From Spirochaetia bacterium (GTDB lineage Bacteria > Spirochaetota > Spirochaetia > SZUA-6 > Bin103): DNA of 64,000 nt. Location of the stretch: assembly GCA_965208575.1 (NCBI GenBank), contig CBDBOV010000001.1, forward strand, positions 352,001-416,000, given 5' to 3'. Below, piece by piece: positions 37,620 to 47,845 of the stretch. Numbering within the stretch: position 1 is the stretch's first letter; every line of letters begins with the position of its first letter. Below the pieces are notes generated by a model. The model worked only from the letters and a program-made list of their open reading frames with translations, was not told the origin of the DNA and ran no database searches. The position numbers and the translations under genes were made by a program.

Positions 37620-37642
37620 ATCCTCTCCTCGGAGTCCGTATG

Positions 37643-38455
37643 TTACCCGTCGACCGCGGCAACGACGACCTCGATGCCGCGGCGCTCGAACTCGGCGCGC
37701 TCGTCCGCACCGATGCCGTCGTCGGTGATGAAGGTGTGGATCAGGTCCAGACCGCCGAGCGCCGCAAGGGCGGACGTGCCGAGCTTCGTGGAGTCGGCCA
37801 CCAGGTACACCTGCCGTGCCGAAGCGATCATGGCGCGCTTCACGTGGATGTCGCTGAATCCCGGGTAGGTGAGACCGGCGGCGAAGGAGACCCCGCCCGC
37901 GGCGAGAAACAGCTTGGCCACGTGAACCTTGTCGAAGAACGCGGCAGCCTTCTCGCCGGTCAGGGACAGCGTGGGAGCCTTGAACTCGCCGCCGGTGACC
38001 ATGACCTCGAAACCGAAGTGGCCTCCCAGCAGCAGCGCGATATTCAGGGCATTGGTAACCACCGTGAGGTTGCGCTTGCCCTCCAGGTGCTTGGCCGCCT
38101 CGGTGACGGTGGAACCGGCGTCCAGGATGATGGTATCGCCGTCACTGACAAACTCCGCGACCTTGCGGCCAATGGCGCTCTTGCGCTGCATGTTCCCGGT
38201 GTGTTGCAGGCTGAGACTGCGCACCTGGTCGGGTATGCTCCTGAGGAACGCTCCGCCGTACTCGCGGATGATCAGGCCATCCTCCTGCAGGCGGTCCAGG
38301 TCCAGGCGGATCGTGGGTTCCGAGACGGCGAATACCCGGCTGAGTTCGCTCACCCGCGCGCTGCCCTCCTCCTGCAGCAACTCGAGGATCCTCACCCGCC
38401 GCCGCTGGCCAAGGAGATTCGCCTGCCCCTTGCTCGTATTCGCCTTGTTTGCCAT
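37643..38455 (-). CDS. DeoR/GlpR transcriptional regulator
   Basis: RRVRILELL...VSEPTIRLDL, ILDAGST, VVTNAL and VADSTKLG. Confidence 0.95.
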   Translation of the reverse strand: MANKANTSKGQANLLGQRRRVRILELLQEEGSARVSELSRVFAVSEPTIRLDLDRLQEDGLIIREYGGAFLRSIPDQVRSLSLQHTGNMQRKSAIGRKVAEFVSDGDTIILDAGSTVTEAAKHLEGKRNLTVVTNALNIALLLGGHFGFEVMVTGGEFKAPTLSLTGEKAAAFFDKVHVAKLFLAAGGVSFAAGLTYPGFSDIHVKRAMIASARQVYLVADSTKLGTSALAALGGLDLIHTFITDDGIGADERAEFERRGIEVVVAAVDG

Positions 38456-38543
38456 CGGACGGAATTATAACGAAGAATAGTGAGCAACAATAGGTTGACT
38501 GTCATCATCGATTCACTTACGGTAGGCTGCGGATTTCAGAGAA
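38456..38543. promoter_or_regulatory. Divergent promoter region deoR / transketolase operon
   Basis: AT-rich; minus-strand TATAAT (38469-38464) 8 nt before the deoR ATG; plus-strand TTGACT-17-TACGGT (38495-38523). Confidence 0.6.
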
Positions 38544-39395
38544 GTGCGTGACAGAACGACGGATCGAGAGCTGGCTCTGAAGTCGGTCCGCTACCGCCGC
38601 ACGCTGCTGCGGGCCATCAAGGAGGCGGGGGCGGGCCACACCGGGGGCAGCCTGTCGTGCATCGACATTCTCAACGTGTTGTACAACGACGTGTTGAATG
38701 TCTTCCCCGCTGCCTGTGCCGATCCCGCGCGCGACCGGTACATCCACAGCAAGGGGCACTCCGTGGAGGCCCTGTACACCGTCCTCGCCGACCGCGGGTT
38801 CTTCCCGGACTCGCACCTGCGCACGTTGAGCCGCTACCGGTCGCACTTCGTCGGGCACCCGACTCGGAAGGTCAACGGCATCGAGCACAACACCGGCGCG
38901 CTCGGCCACGGCCTGCCGGTGGCCGCCGGCCTGGCGCTCGCCGGCGCGCGCAGCCGGCATCGATTCCGCGTGTTCGCGTTGCTCGGCGACGGCGAACTCG
39001 CGGAGGGCTCGGTGTGGGAGGCGGCGATGGCGGCGGCTCATTACCGGCTGGACAACCTGGTCGTGATTGTCGATCGCAACGGACTGCAGATCACCGGGGG
39101 CACGGAGGACGTGATGGGCCTGGAGCCGTTGGCGCAACGGTTCGCGGCCTTCGGCCTGGAGGTGCGCACGTGCGACGGCCATGATGTCGGCGCCCTGCGT
39201 GCGGCGTTCGACGAGACCCCGTTTGCCGCGGGGCGGCCGAGTGTGCTGCTTGCCCGCACGGTGAAGGGCAAGGGCGTGAGCTTCATGGAGGGCCGGCCGG
39301 GGTGGCACCACCACGTGCCGAGCGACGAAGAATTGCGTGCGGCGCTGCAGGAGCTGCAGCGTGCCGAGGCCGAGCTGCTGGCGGTGTGCGTTTGA
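38544..39395 (+). CDS. Transketolase N-terminal subunit (AptA-like)
   Basis: GHTGGSLS, SKGH, TGALGHGL and ThDP motif GDGELAEG...DRN. Confidence 0.92.
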   Translation: MRDRTTDRELALKSVRYRRTLLRAIKEAGAGHTGGSLSCIDILNVLYNDVLNVFPAACADPARDRYIHSKGHSVEALYTVLADRGFFPDSHLRTLSRYRSHFVGHPTRKVNGIEHNTGALGHGLPVAAGLALAGARSRHRFRVFALLGDGELAEGSVWEAAMAAAHYRLDNLVVIVDRNGLQITGGTEDVMGLEPLAQRFAAFGLEVRTCDGHDVGALRAAFDETPFAAGRPSVLLARTVKGKGVSFMEGRPGWHHHVPSDEELRAALQELQRAEAELLAVCV

Positions 39396-40375
39396 GCAGC
39401 CGATCCGATGGCTGGCGGCACGTTTCCGCGCTGCCGGCCGGCCGGCCGAACCAGGAGGTGTTCGCCGAGACGCTGCTCGAGGCGGCACGGCGCGACCCCA
39501 CCGTCCTGGTAGTTACCAGCGACTCGCGAGGGTCCGCCAGGCTCGTGGAGTTCGCCGCCGAGCTTCCCGAACGCATCGTGGAACTCGGCATCGCGGAGCA
39601 GAACCTGGTCGGCGTCGCGGCCGGCCTGGCAGCCGGAGGCTACACGGTGTTCGCCGTCTCGCCCGCCTGCTTTCTCACCACCCGGTCGCTGGAGCAGATC
39701 AAGAACGACGTCGCCTACTCGGGTCACAAGGTGGTCCTGGTGGGGATCAGCGCAGGGGTGAGCTACGGCGCCCTGGGGTCGACCCACCACTCCCTGAACG
39801 ACTTCGCATCGCTCAGGGCCGTCAACAACCTCGACATCGTGGTGCCGGCCGACAACCGTCAGACCCGCGAGGCGGTGTTGGCGGCGCTCGGCCACCCGCG
39901 CCCCCTGTACTTGCGACTTGGCAAGCGTCCGGTCCCGGTTCTGCCCGCCGGCGCCGGCGAGTTCTCCATCGGACGCGGGGAGTGCATCGCCGAGGGCGCG
40001 GATGCCGCGCTGGTGGCCACCGGCGAGACGGTGTGGCGAGCCGTGGCGGCGCGCTCGGCGCTCGCGGAGGATGGGATCTTCTGCCGGGTCCTGTGCATGC
40101 ACTCGATTCGCCCGTTCGACGGCGCGGCGCTTGTGGAGGCAGCCCGGTCGGTACGCGCGGTCGTGTGCATCGAGGAGCATTCGGTGCACGGCGGTCTCGG
40201 CGAGCAATGCGCGGCGCTGCTCATGCAGGAAGGGGTGCGCGTGCCATTCCGGATCATGGGAATTCCGGACGAGTACACGGTGACCGGCAGTCAGGAGGAG
40301 ATACTGTCACACTACGGCATTTCTCCGCATGGCATCGCCGGCGAGATTCGGCGCCTGCTGGCGTGCCGCCGATAA
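39392..40375 (+). CDS. Transketolase C-terminal subunit (AptB-like)
   Basis: TSDSRGS, GIAEQNLVG, SYGALGSTHHS and IEEH; TTG overlaps the upstream stop. Confidence 0.92.
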   Translation: MSSRSDGWRHVSALPAGRPNQEVFAETLLEAARRDPTVLVVTSDSRGSARLVEFAAELPERIVELGIAEQNLVGVAAGLAAGGYTVFAVSPACFLTTRSLEQIKNDVAYSGHKVVLVGISAGVSYGALGSTHHSLNDFASLRAVNNLDIVVPADNRQTREAVLAALGHPRPLYLRLGKRPVPVLPAGAGEFSIGRGECIAEGADAALVATGETVWRAVAARSALAEDGIFCRVLCMHSIRPFDGAALVEAARSVRAVVCIEEHSVHGGLGEQCAALLMQEGVRVPFRIMGIPDEYTVTGSQEEILSHYGISPHGIAGEIRRLLACRR

Positions 40376-40389
40376 GGAGGTAACGCGAC

Positions 40390-41388
<999 letters not shown>

Positions 41389-41410
41389 GCCGGTTGCTCT
41401 GTTGAGCCCT

Positions 41411-42901
41411 ATGCATATCCTGGCCGTGGACCAGAGCACCGCGTCCACCAAGGGGGTGGTGTTCGACGAGCAGGGCATGGTCGTGGCGCGGGCGGCGCGG
41501 CCCCACCGGCAGCATCACCCGCGGCCGGACTGGGCCGAGCACGATGCGGAGGAGATCTACCGCAACGTCGTCGCGGTGATCCGAGACCTGGTCCAGGGCG
41601 CGGTGGAAGCCCGGTCGCTTGCCGGTCTGGCCATCACCAACCAGCGCGAGACCGTGGTGGTCTGGGACCGGAGCAACGGCCGTCCCGTGCACGCGGCGAT
41701 CGTGTGGCAATGCATGCGCGGCGCCGAGGTGTGCCGCGAACTGCGCGCGGCGGGGCTCGAAGAGCTGTTCCGGCAGCGCACCGGGCTGCTCCTGGATCCG
41801 TTCTTTTCCGCGAGCAAGATACGCTGGGTGCTGGAGCACGTACCCGGCGCCCGCCAGAAGGCCGAAGCAGGCGAGCTGCTGGCCGGCACCATCGACAGTT
41901 GGCTGGTGTGGAAGCTCACCGGCGGCGGTGTGCACGCCACCGACCTCTCCAATGCGAGCCGTACGCTCCTGTTGGACATACGGCAGCGCCGGTGGGATCC
42001 CGAGCTGTGTGCGCACTTCGCCATTCCCGTCGAGATGCTGCCCGAGCTGGTTCCCTCCAGCGGGCTGCTCGGCGAAACGACCGCGGAGGGTGCGCTGCCG
42101 GCGCCGGTACCGATTGCCGGCATCGCCGGCGACTCGCATGCCGCGCTGTTCGGCCAGCGCTGTTTCTCTCCCGGTGACGTGAAGGTGACCGTGGGCACCG
42201 GCTCCTCGATCATGATGAACGTGGGCGGCCAGGTGCGTGATTCCGGCCCCGGGCTGGTCAGCTCGATCGGGTTCGGGCTCGGGGACCGTGTCGACTACGT
42301 GCTCGAGGGCAACGTGCACGCGGCCGGCGACACCGTGCAATGGCTGATCGACGGACTGGAGCTGTTCGACGGCATCGACACGATCGAGCGGCTGGCCGGC
42401 TCGGTAGCCGGCAGCGGCGGGGTGTACCTGGTGCCGGCGTTCAGCGGCTTGGGGGCGCCCTGGTGGGACAATGGCGCCACCGCCGTGCTGGCCGGCATGA
42501 GCCGCGAGACCACCCGCGCGCACGTCGCGCGCGCCGCCGAAGAGAGCATCGCCTTCCAGGTGCGCGACGTGCTGGAGGCGGCGTGCGCGGCGGTGGGCGC
42601 CCGACTGGCCGACCTGCAGCCGCGCTTCGACGGCGGCGGCAGCGAGAGCGACTTCCTGATGCAGACCCTGGCGGATCTGATCGGGGTGCCGCTGTTGGCG
42701 GCGCCGCACCAGGACATGTCGGCGCTCGGCGCGGCTCTGCTGGCCGGCCTGGCGACCGGGTTGTGGCAGGACCCGGGCCGGATCGGTGAGCTTCCCTTCG
42801 CCCCGCGCCGCTTCCAGCCCGCGCTGGCGGCCGGCGAGCGGGAGCAGCGCTACGCGGACTGGCTGCACGCCGTGCGGCGCGCCAGGTTGCGCCCGGCGTA
42901 G
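41411..42901 (+). CDS. FGGY carbohydrate kinase (GlpK-like; AplK-like)
   Basis: LAVDQSTASTK, ITNQRET, GDSHAALFG, VPAFSGLGAP and DGGG. Confidence 0.9.
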   Translation: MHILAVDQSTASTKGVVFDEQGMVVARAARPHRQHHPRPDWAEHDAEEIYRNVVAVIRDLVQGAVEARSLAGLAITNQRETVVVWDRSNGRPVHAAIVWQCMRGAEVCRELRAAGLEELFRQRTGLLLDPFFSASKIRWVLEHVPGARQKAEAGELLAGTIDSWLVWKLTGGGVHATDLSNASRTLLLDIRQRRWDPELCAHFAIPVEMLPELVPSSGLLGETTAEGALPAPVPIAGIAGDSHAALFGQRCFSPGDVKVTVGTGSSIMMNVGGQVRDSGPGLVSSIGFGLGDRVDYVLEGNVHAAGDTVQWLIDGLELFDGIDTIERLAGSVAGSGGVYLVPAFSGLGAPWWDNGATAVLAGMSRETTRAHVARAAEESIAFQVRDVLEAACAAVGARLADLQPRFDGGGSESDFLMQTLADLIGVPLLAAPHQDMSALGAALLAGLATGLWQDPGRIGELPFAPRRFQPALAAGEREQRYADWLHAVRRARLRPA

Positions 42902-42961
42902 AGTCGCGCGCACGTCCCCTGTTCGGCGGTCGCTGGCAGTGGCGAAAGGCAAAGAGAACGC

Positions 42962-42990
42962 TTGACATCGAAAGCAGTCGAGCCTATGGT
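42962..42990 (+). promoter_or_regulatory. Sigma70 promoter of sugar ABC operon
   Basis: TTGACA-17 bp-TATGGT; AGGAGG RBS downstream. Confidence 0.75.
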
Positions 42991-43016
42991 CGTCCGATCA
43001 TCGTTAGGAGGTGTGT

Positions 43017-44342
43017 ATGATCAAACGAAGTCTCGTATTCGTTTTGGTGCTTTCGGTCGCGGCGGGGATGGGCTTTGCAGCCCCCGCGGACGAGTCAGGC
43101 TCGAGCGCCGAGGAGTTGACGTATTGGTACGCGGGCACGGACGCAGAGGTCGCGTTCGTACAAGCGGCCGTGGACGAGTACAACGCTCAGTCCAGCGGCC
43201 CGGTCATCAACATGGTCGAACGCCCGGACAGCAACGAGGCGATGGCGACCGCGATCGCCGGAGGTCAGGGGCCGGACATCATGCATTACAACCACAACAC
43301 CGTGTGGTTCTTCGGCCTGGATTCAATCTATGACCTGAAGGAGTTCGTGCTCGACGGCGAGATCGGGCTGGACTCGGGGTCGTTCATGCCGGCTCCGCGC
43401 ATGTCGGTGAACTACGGCGGCCAAGTGATCGCGTTGCCGATCTCGTTCGGCCTTGGAGCGGTGATGTACAACGCCCGGCTGGTCGAGGAGGCGGGGCTTG
43501 ATGCGAGCGATCCGCCGCAGACGTGGGCCGAATTCGAAGAGTGGGCGCAGGCGCTGACGATTCGCGAAGGCGAGGAGACGGTTCAGTGGGGCGTGACGGT
43601 GGACTCGGTGGACTGGCTGCTGCAGGAAGTGATGTTCGCGAACGGCGGCGACTGGAACAACGACGACATGTCCGAGTACGCACCGTTCAAGGAAGAGCTG
43701 ATCGGAGGAGTGGCCTGGATCGATCGACTGGTCAACGAACTGGAGGTGATGCCGATCCCGCGCGGGGTTACCTGGACAGGAACGTCGCAGATGCTCGCCG
43801 GCGAACAGGGCTTCGAGAACGAGACGATCGCGATGAAGATCGGCTACAGCGGGTTTGCCGATGAGATGGCGGTAAATCCCGATCTCCGCATCGGGCTGTT
43901 TCCGATTCCGCGCGGCCCGATGGCGGGCGACACGGTCCGGATCAGCACCGGCTACAACGGACTGCACGTGATGTTCAACTCCGCCGATCCGCGCGAGAGC
44001 TACCTGTTCGCCAAGTGGATGGTGGAGAACAAGGCAGCCGACCTGGCGGCCCTCACCACCAGTTTCCCGGCGTACGCCGGCAACCTGGACAGCTATCGGA
44101 ACGATCCCACCTTTGCTGCGATGGTGGATCACCTGCTGATGAGCCCGGTGCGGCGGTTTCACGTCTTTCCGGCGCGCCTCGACGTACGCTCACAAGAACC
44201 TGCCGTCGTGGAGAATGTCCTTCTTGGCCGCATGACTCCGCGCGAGTCTGTGGAGAACTTCAAGGAGCATGCCACGCGCGTGTTCGCCGAGAACCGCATG
44301 GAGCTCGACGAGTTCATCTCGATTCAGGAGCCGGTCTGGTAG
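43017..44342 (+). CDS. Carbohydrate ABC substrate-binding protein (family 1)
   Basis: Signal peptide, AIAGGQGPDI, ALP, MYNARL and PPQTWAEF. Confidence 0.9.
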   Translation: MIKRSLVFVLVLSVAAGMGFAAPADESGSSAEELTYWYAGTDAEVAFVQAAVDEYNAQSSGPVINMVERPDSNEAMATAIAGGQGPDIMHYNHNTVWFFGLDSIYDLKEFVLDGEIGLDSGSFMPAPRMSVNYGGQVIALPISFGLGAVMYNARLVEEAGLDASDPPQTWAEFEEWAQALTIREGEETVQWGVTVDSVDWLLQEVMFANGGDWNNDDMSEYAPFKEELIGGVAWIDRLVNELEVMPIPRGVTWTGTSQMLAGEQGFENETIAMKIGYSGFADEMAVNPDLRIGLFPIPRGPMAGDTVRISTGYNGLHVMFNSADPRESYLFAKWMVENKAADLAALTTSFPAYAGNLDSYRNDPTFAAMVDHLLMSPVRRFHVFPARLDVRSQEPAVVENVLLGRMTPRESVENFKEHATRVFAENRMELDEFISIQEPVW

Positions 44343-44346
44343 GCGC

Positions 44347-44374
44347 TCATCGTCTTGCAGGAGCGAGATGACGA
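44347..44374 (+). other. Stem-loop downstream of SBP gene (probable mRNA stabiliser)
   Basis: tcatcgtcttgc-agga-gcgagatgacga pairs with G-U wobbles. Confidence 0.35.
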
Positions 44375-44438
44375 AACTCGGCGCCTGTCCGTGTCCATGA
44401 GCGCGGGCAGGCGCCTTCGTACGTAAGGAGATTGGACC

Positions 44439-45365
44439 GTGCACAGCGGAGCCGGTCAGACCGCGCTGGCAGCGCATCAACGTTCAGGGCTTACCGCGAG
44501 GCGCCAGGAAATGATCTTCGGAATCCTGTTTGCGGCTCCCGTGGTACTGCACCTGGTCATCTTCAAGTACTACCCCGTGCTCTATTCCATCGGCCTCAGT
44601 CTCTACCGGGGATCGCTGCTGGACCCGTTTCAGAAGTTCTTCGGGTTGGGGAACTACCTGTTCGTGCTGCGCAACGAATACGCCATTCGCGGCTTCCTGA
44701 ACACCTTTCTGTATGGGGCGATGTACGTTCCCGGCACCGTCGTGCTGGGCATCATATTGGGCCTGCTGGTGTCCAAGGAGCGCGTCGGCAAGAGCATCTT
44801 CCGGGTAGCCTACTATACGCCGGTGGTGGTCTCCATCGTGGCCGCCGTGCAGGTCTGGTCGTGGGTGCTCAGTCCGAACAACTACGGCCTGGCGAACACG
44901 GTCCTGACAGCCGTGGGTCTCCCGGCCCTGGAGTGGTTCTATCACCCGACAACCGCGATGGCGTCCGTGGCGGTGCTGGGATTCTGGAGTGTCGGGCTCA
45001 ACATGCTCATCTTCCTCGCCGCTATCAAGAACATTCCCGCCCAGCTCTACGAGTCCGCCACCGTGGACGGCGCCGGCCCCTGGCGGATGTTCTGGCGAAT
45101 CACGATCCCGTTGCTGATGCCCACAATCTACTTCGTGACGATCACCTCCACGATCCTGTCGCTGCGGCTGTTCGAGCCGATCCTGCTGCTGACCGGCGGC
45201 GGCCCGTTGAACTCGACCACTACCGTTTCCTTTCAGATCTACGAGCAGGCATTTCAGTTTGCGCGCTGGGGCCGGGCGTCGGCACAGGCGGCGATCTTCT
45301 TCGTCATCGTGCTCGGCATCACCATCGTGCAGTACCGGGTGCTGCCGGAGTCGTACGAGAAGTAG
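44439..45365 (+). CDS. Carbohydrate ABC permease
   Basis: FGLGNY and EAA loop LYESATVDGAGPWRMFWRITIP. Confidence 0.93.
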   Translation: MHSGAGQTALAAHQRSGLTARRQEMIFGILFAAPVVLHLVIFKYYPVLYSIGLSLYRGSLLDPFQKFFGLGNYLFVLRNEYAIRGFLNTFLYGAMYVPGTVVLGIILGLLVSKERVGKSIFRVAYYTPVVVSIVAAVQVWSWVLSPNNYGLANTVLTAVGLPALEWFYHPTTAMASVAVLGFWSVGLNMLIFLAAIKNIPAQLYESATVDGAGPWRMFWRITIPLLMPTIYFVTITSTILSLRLFEPILLLTGGGPLNSTTTVSFQIYEQAFQFARWGRASAQAAIFFVIVLGITIVQYRVLPESYEK

Positions 45366-45381
45366 GAACGGAAGCAGGCAG

Positions 45382-46227
45382 ATGTATCAGAACCGGGTTT
45401 ACGTACTCAAGAGGCGTCTCAATGCCCTGGTGTGGTATCTCCTGTGCGTGATGTTCCTGTTCTTCTTCGTCGGCCCGTTCGTGTGGATGGTGACGACGTC
45501 GTTCAAGGCTCCCGCCGACATCATCCGCTTCCCGCCGCGGCTGTTTCCGGAGCTCTGGGTGGTCGACAACTACGTGACCATGTGGAACGAGCTGAACTGG
45601 CTGCCGATGTTCGCAAACAGTTTCTGGATCACCGGAGTGAGCGTCTTCCTGCTGGTGATGGTGAGCGCGCTCGGCGGGTTTTCGTTCGCCAAGATGCGCT
45701 GGCCGCTGCGCACGTTCTGCTTCCTGCTGATCATCGCCGGCCTCATCGTGCCGACCGAGGTGGACATGATACCGCGCTTCCTGATGATGACCAGTTGGGG
45801 GCTCACCGGCACCTACATTCCGGTGATCCTGCTGATCATCGGCCAGGGCTTCCAGACGTTCATGATCCGGCAGTTCATCGGCACCATTCCGGACGACTAC
45901 TTCGACGCGGCGAAGGTCGACGGGATGGGCTACGTGTGGATGTTCGTGAAGATCGTGCTGCCGCTGTCCAAGGCGGGAGTGATCACGATGGCGATCTTCT
46001 CCACGTTCATGGTGTGGAACCAGTACGTCTATCCGCTCATCTACCTCACCAAGCCGCACCAGTTCACGCTGCAACTCGGTCTTGGTCTGCTGCAGCAGCG
46101 CCTCGTCGGCCAGTTCGGGCCGCTGATGGCGGCCGCTACCATGGTCAGCATCCCGACGCTCATCATCTACCTGATGTTCCAGCAGCGCCTGACCAGCGGC
46201 ATCGCCATGACCGGCGTAAAGGGTTAG
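45382..46227 (+). CDS. Carbohydrate ABC permease
   Basis: PFVWMVTTSFK, IPDDYFDAAKVDG and GIAMTGVKG*. Confidence 0.93.
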   Translation: MYQNRVYVLKRRLNALVWYLLCVMFLFFFVGPFVWMVTTSFKAPADIIRFPPRLFPELWVVDNYVTMWNELNWLPMFANSFWITGVSVFLLVMVSALGGFSFAKMRWPLRTFCFLLIIAGLIVPTEVDMIPRFLMMTSWGLTGTYIPVILLIIGQGFQTFMIRQFIGTIPDDYFDAAKVDGMGYVWMFVKIVLPLSKAGVITMAIFSTFMVWNQYVYPLIYLTKPHQFTLQLGLGLLQQRLVGQFGPLMAAATMVSIPTLIIYLMFQQRLTSGIAMTGVKG

Positions 46228-46270
46228 CCAACTGGGAATCCTGTCCCCTCCTTCGGCAGCGCGTATCCTC

Positions 46271-47281
46271 GTGATCGGCGGTACCGGCATTATCAGCACG
46301 GGAATCAGCCGCCTGTTGATTGACCAGGGTCACGAGGTAGTTCTCTACAATCGAGGTCGGAGACACTCTCAGGTTGAGGGCCGCTACACGACCATGAGCG
46401 GTGATCGCAAGGCGTTCGCCGCATTCGAGAAGCAGATGGCGGAAGCAGGTACGTTCGACTGTGTAATCGACATGGTCTGCTATCTGCCGGCAGAGGCGGA
46501 AAGCGCCATTCGTGCCTTCCGGGGCCGCACCGCACAGTACGTGTTTTGCAGCACGGTCGATGTCTATACCAAGCCTGCCGCAGCCTATCCGATCACCGAG
46601 GCCGCCGAAAAGCTACCCTCGGAAAAGTTTGCGTACGGCTACAACAAGGCCCGTTGTGAGGAGTTGCTCTTTGCGGCCCACGAACGCGGCGACCTGGTGG
46701 TGACCAGCATCCGCCCCGGGCACACCTACGGTGAAGGCGGGAACAATCTCCTGCATGCGCTCGGCCGGGGCACCTATCACGTGGACCGCTTGAAGAAGCG
46801 GCAGCCCATCATTGTTCACGGCGACGGGAGGTCGTTCTGGCCAACCTGCCACCGGGATGACGTGGCGGTGGCCTTTGCAGGCGCCGTTGGCAACGCGAAA
46901 GCCTACGGGCGCGGATATCACGTGGCCGGCGAGGAATGGATGACGTGGGAAGGGTACCATCAAGGCCTCGCGAACGCGATCGGCGCCGAACCGCCGGAGT
47001 TTGTCTACATTCCCACCGACGCACTGGTGCGCATGGCGCCCGAGCAGGCCAGCTTGACGGAGGTCAACTTCAGCTACAACAACCTGTTCGACAACACGGC
47101 GGCCAGGCAGGATCTCGGCTTCCGCGTGACCATCGCCTGGGTTGAGGGCGCCCGCCGGACGATCGAGTGGCTGCAGGACCACGGCCAACTCGACAGCAGT
47201 GACGATTTTCCTTTTTACGATCAGATCATTGATACTTGGCGGAAGGCCACGGGCAACCTGACAGATCTCGGAGACCGATGA
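46271..47281 (+). CDS. NAD-dependent epimerase/dehydratase family protein
   Basis: (RILV)IGGTGIIS, YNRG, FCSTVDVY, YGYNK and IRPGHTYG; the expected ATG start is missing. Confidence 0.85.
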   Translation: MIGGTGIISTGISRLLIDQGHEVVLYNRGRRHSQVEGRYTTMSGDRKAFAAFEKQMAEAGTFDCVIDMVCYLPAEAESAIRAFRGRTAQYVFCSTVDVYTKPAAAYPITEAAEKLPSEKFAYGYNKARCEELLFAAHERGDLVVTSIRPGHTYGEGGNNLLHALGRGTYHVDRLKKRQPIIVHGDGRSFWPTCHRDDVAVAFAGAVGNAKAYGRGYHVAGEEWMTWEGYHQGLANAIGAEPPEFVYIPTDALVRMAPEQASLTEVNFSYNNLFDNTAARQDLGFRVTIAWVEGARRTIEWLQDHGQLDSSDDFPFYDQIIDTWRKATGNLTDLGDR

Positions 47282-47398
47282 ACCGGAGCTCCCCCGCGAA
47301 GAGCGTCACAGTGACATGATGCCTTACGGTTAGCCATCGGTGGCGCCGGCGGAGCCGCCGACTTGGGCCGCCCGCGCCGCCGTCGAAAAGGAGAAACG

Positions 47399-47806
47399 AT
47401 GATCCGCAAGCTGTCATTCGCCGTCCCCGGTCAGGGTCTGCACGAGTGCACGCGGCAGGTCGAAGAAGCGGTAGCAGCGGCCGGTCTGAACGAAGGCCTG
47501 TGTACGATCTTCCTCCGACACACATCCGCCAGCCTCACGATCCAGGAGAACGCGGACCCGTCCGCGCGCCACGACCTCGAGCGCTGGCTGAACCGCTTGG
47601 TCCCCGAGGACGATCCGATCTACACACACACGGCCGAGGGCCCGGATGACATGCCGAGCCACATCAAGGCGGCGCTGACCGCGACATCGCTGGCGATTCC
47701 GATCGTCGACGGCCGACTCGCACTCGGAACGTGGCAGGGGATCTACCTCTGGGAACACCGCCGCACGGGTGGCCATCGCCAACTCGTGCTTCACTTCGCG
47801 CCGTAA
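47399..47806 (+). CDS. yjbQ: YjbQ / UPF0047 protein
   Basis: HTSASLTIQENADP, HTAEGPDDMPSHIK and LGTWQGIYLWEHR; AAGGAG RBS. Confidence 0.93.
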   Translation: MIRKLSFAVPGQGLHECTRQVEEAVAAAGLNEGLCTIFLRHTSASLTIQENADPSARHDLERWLNRLVPEDDPIYTHTAEGPDDMPSHIKAALTATSLAIPIVDGRLALGTWQGIYLWEHRRTGGHRQLVLHFAP

Positions 47807-47845
47807 CCCCGCATCCAGGCGGTTCGCGATACGTCCGGAAGCGGG

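Noticed and set aside
41411-42901. Calling the kinase glpK and the upstream isomerase xylA
   Set aside because: Motif deviations and operon context favour another sugar, so gene symbols were withheld.
47282-47398. TPP riboswitch upstream of yjbQ
   Set aside because: The conserved CTGAGA core is absent; only a short palindrome gtcacagtgac is present.
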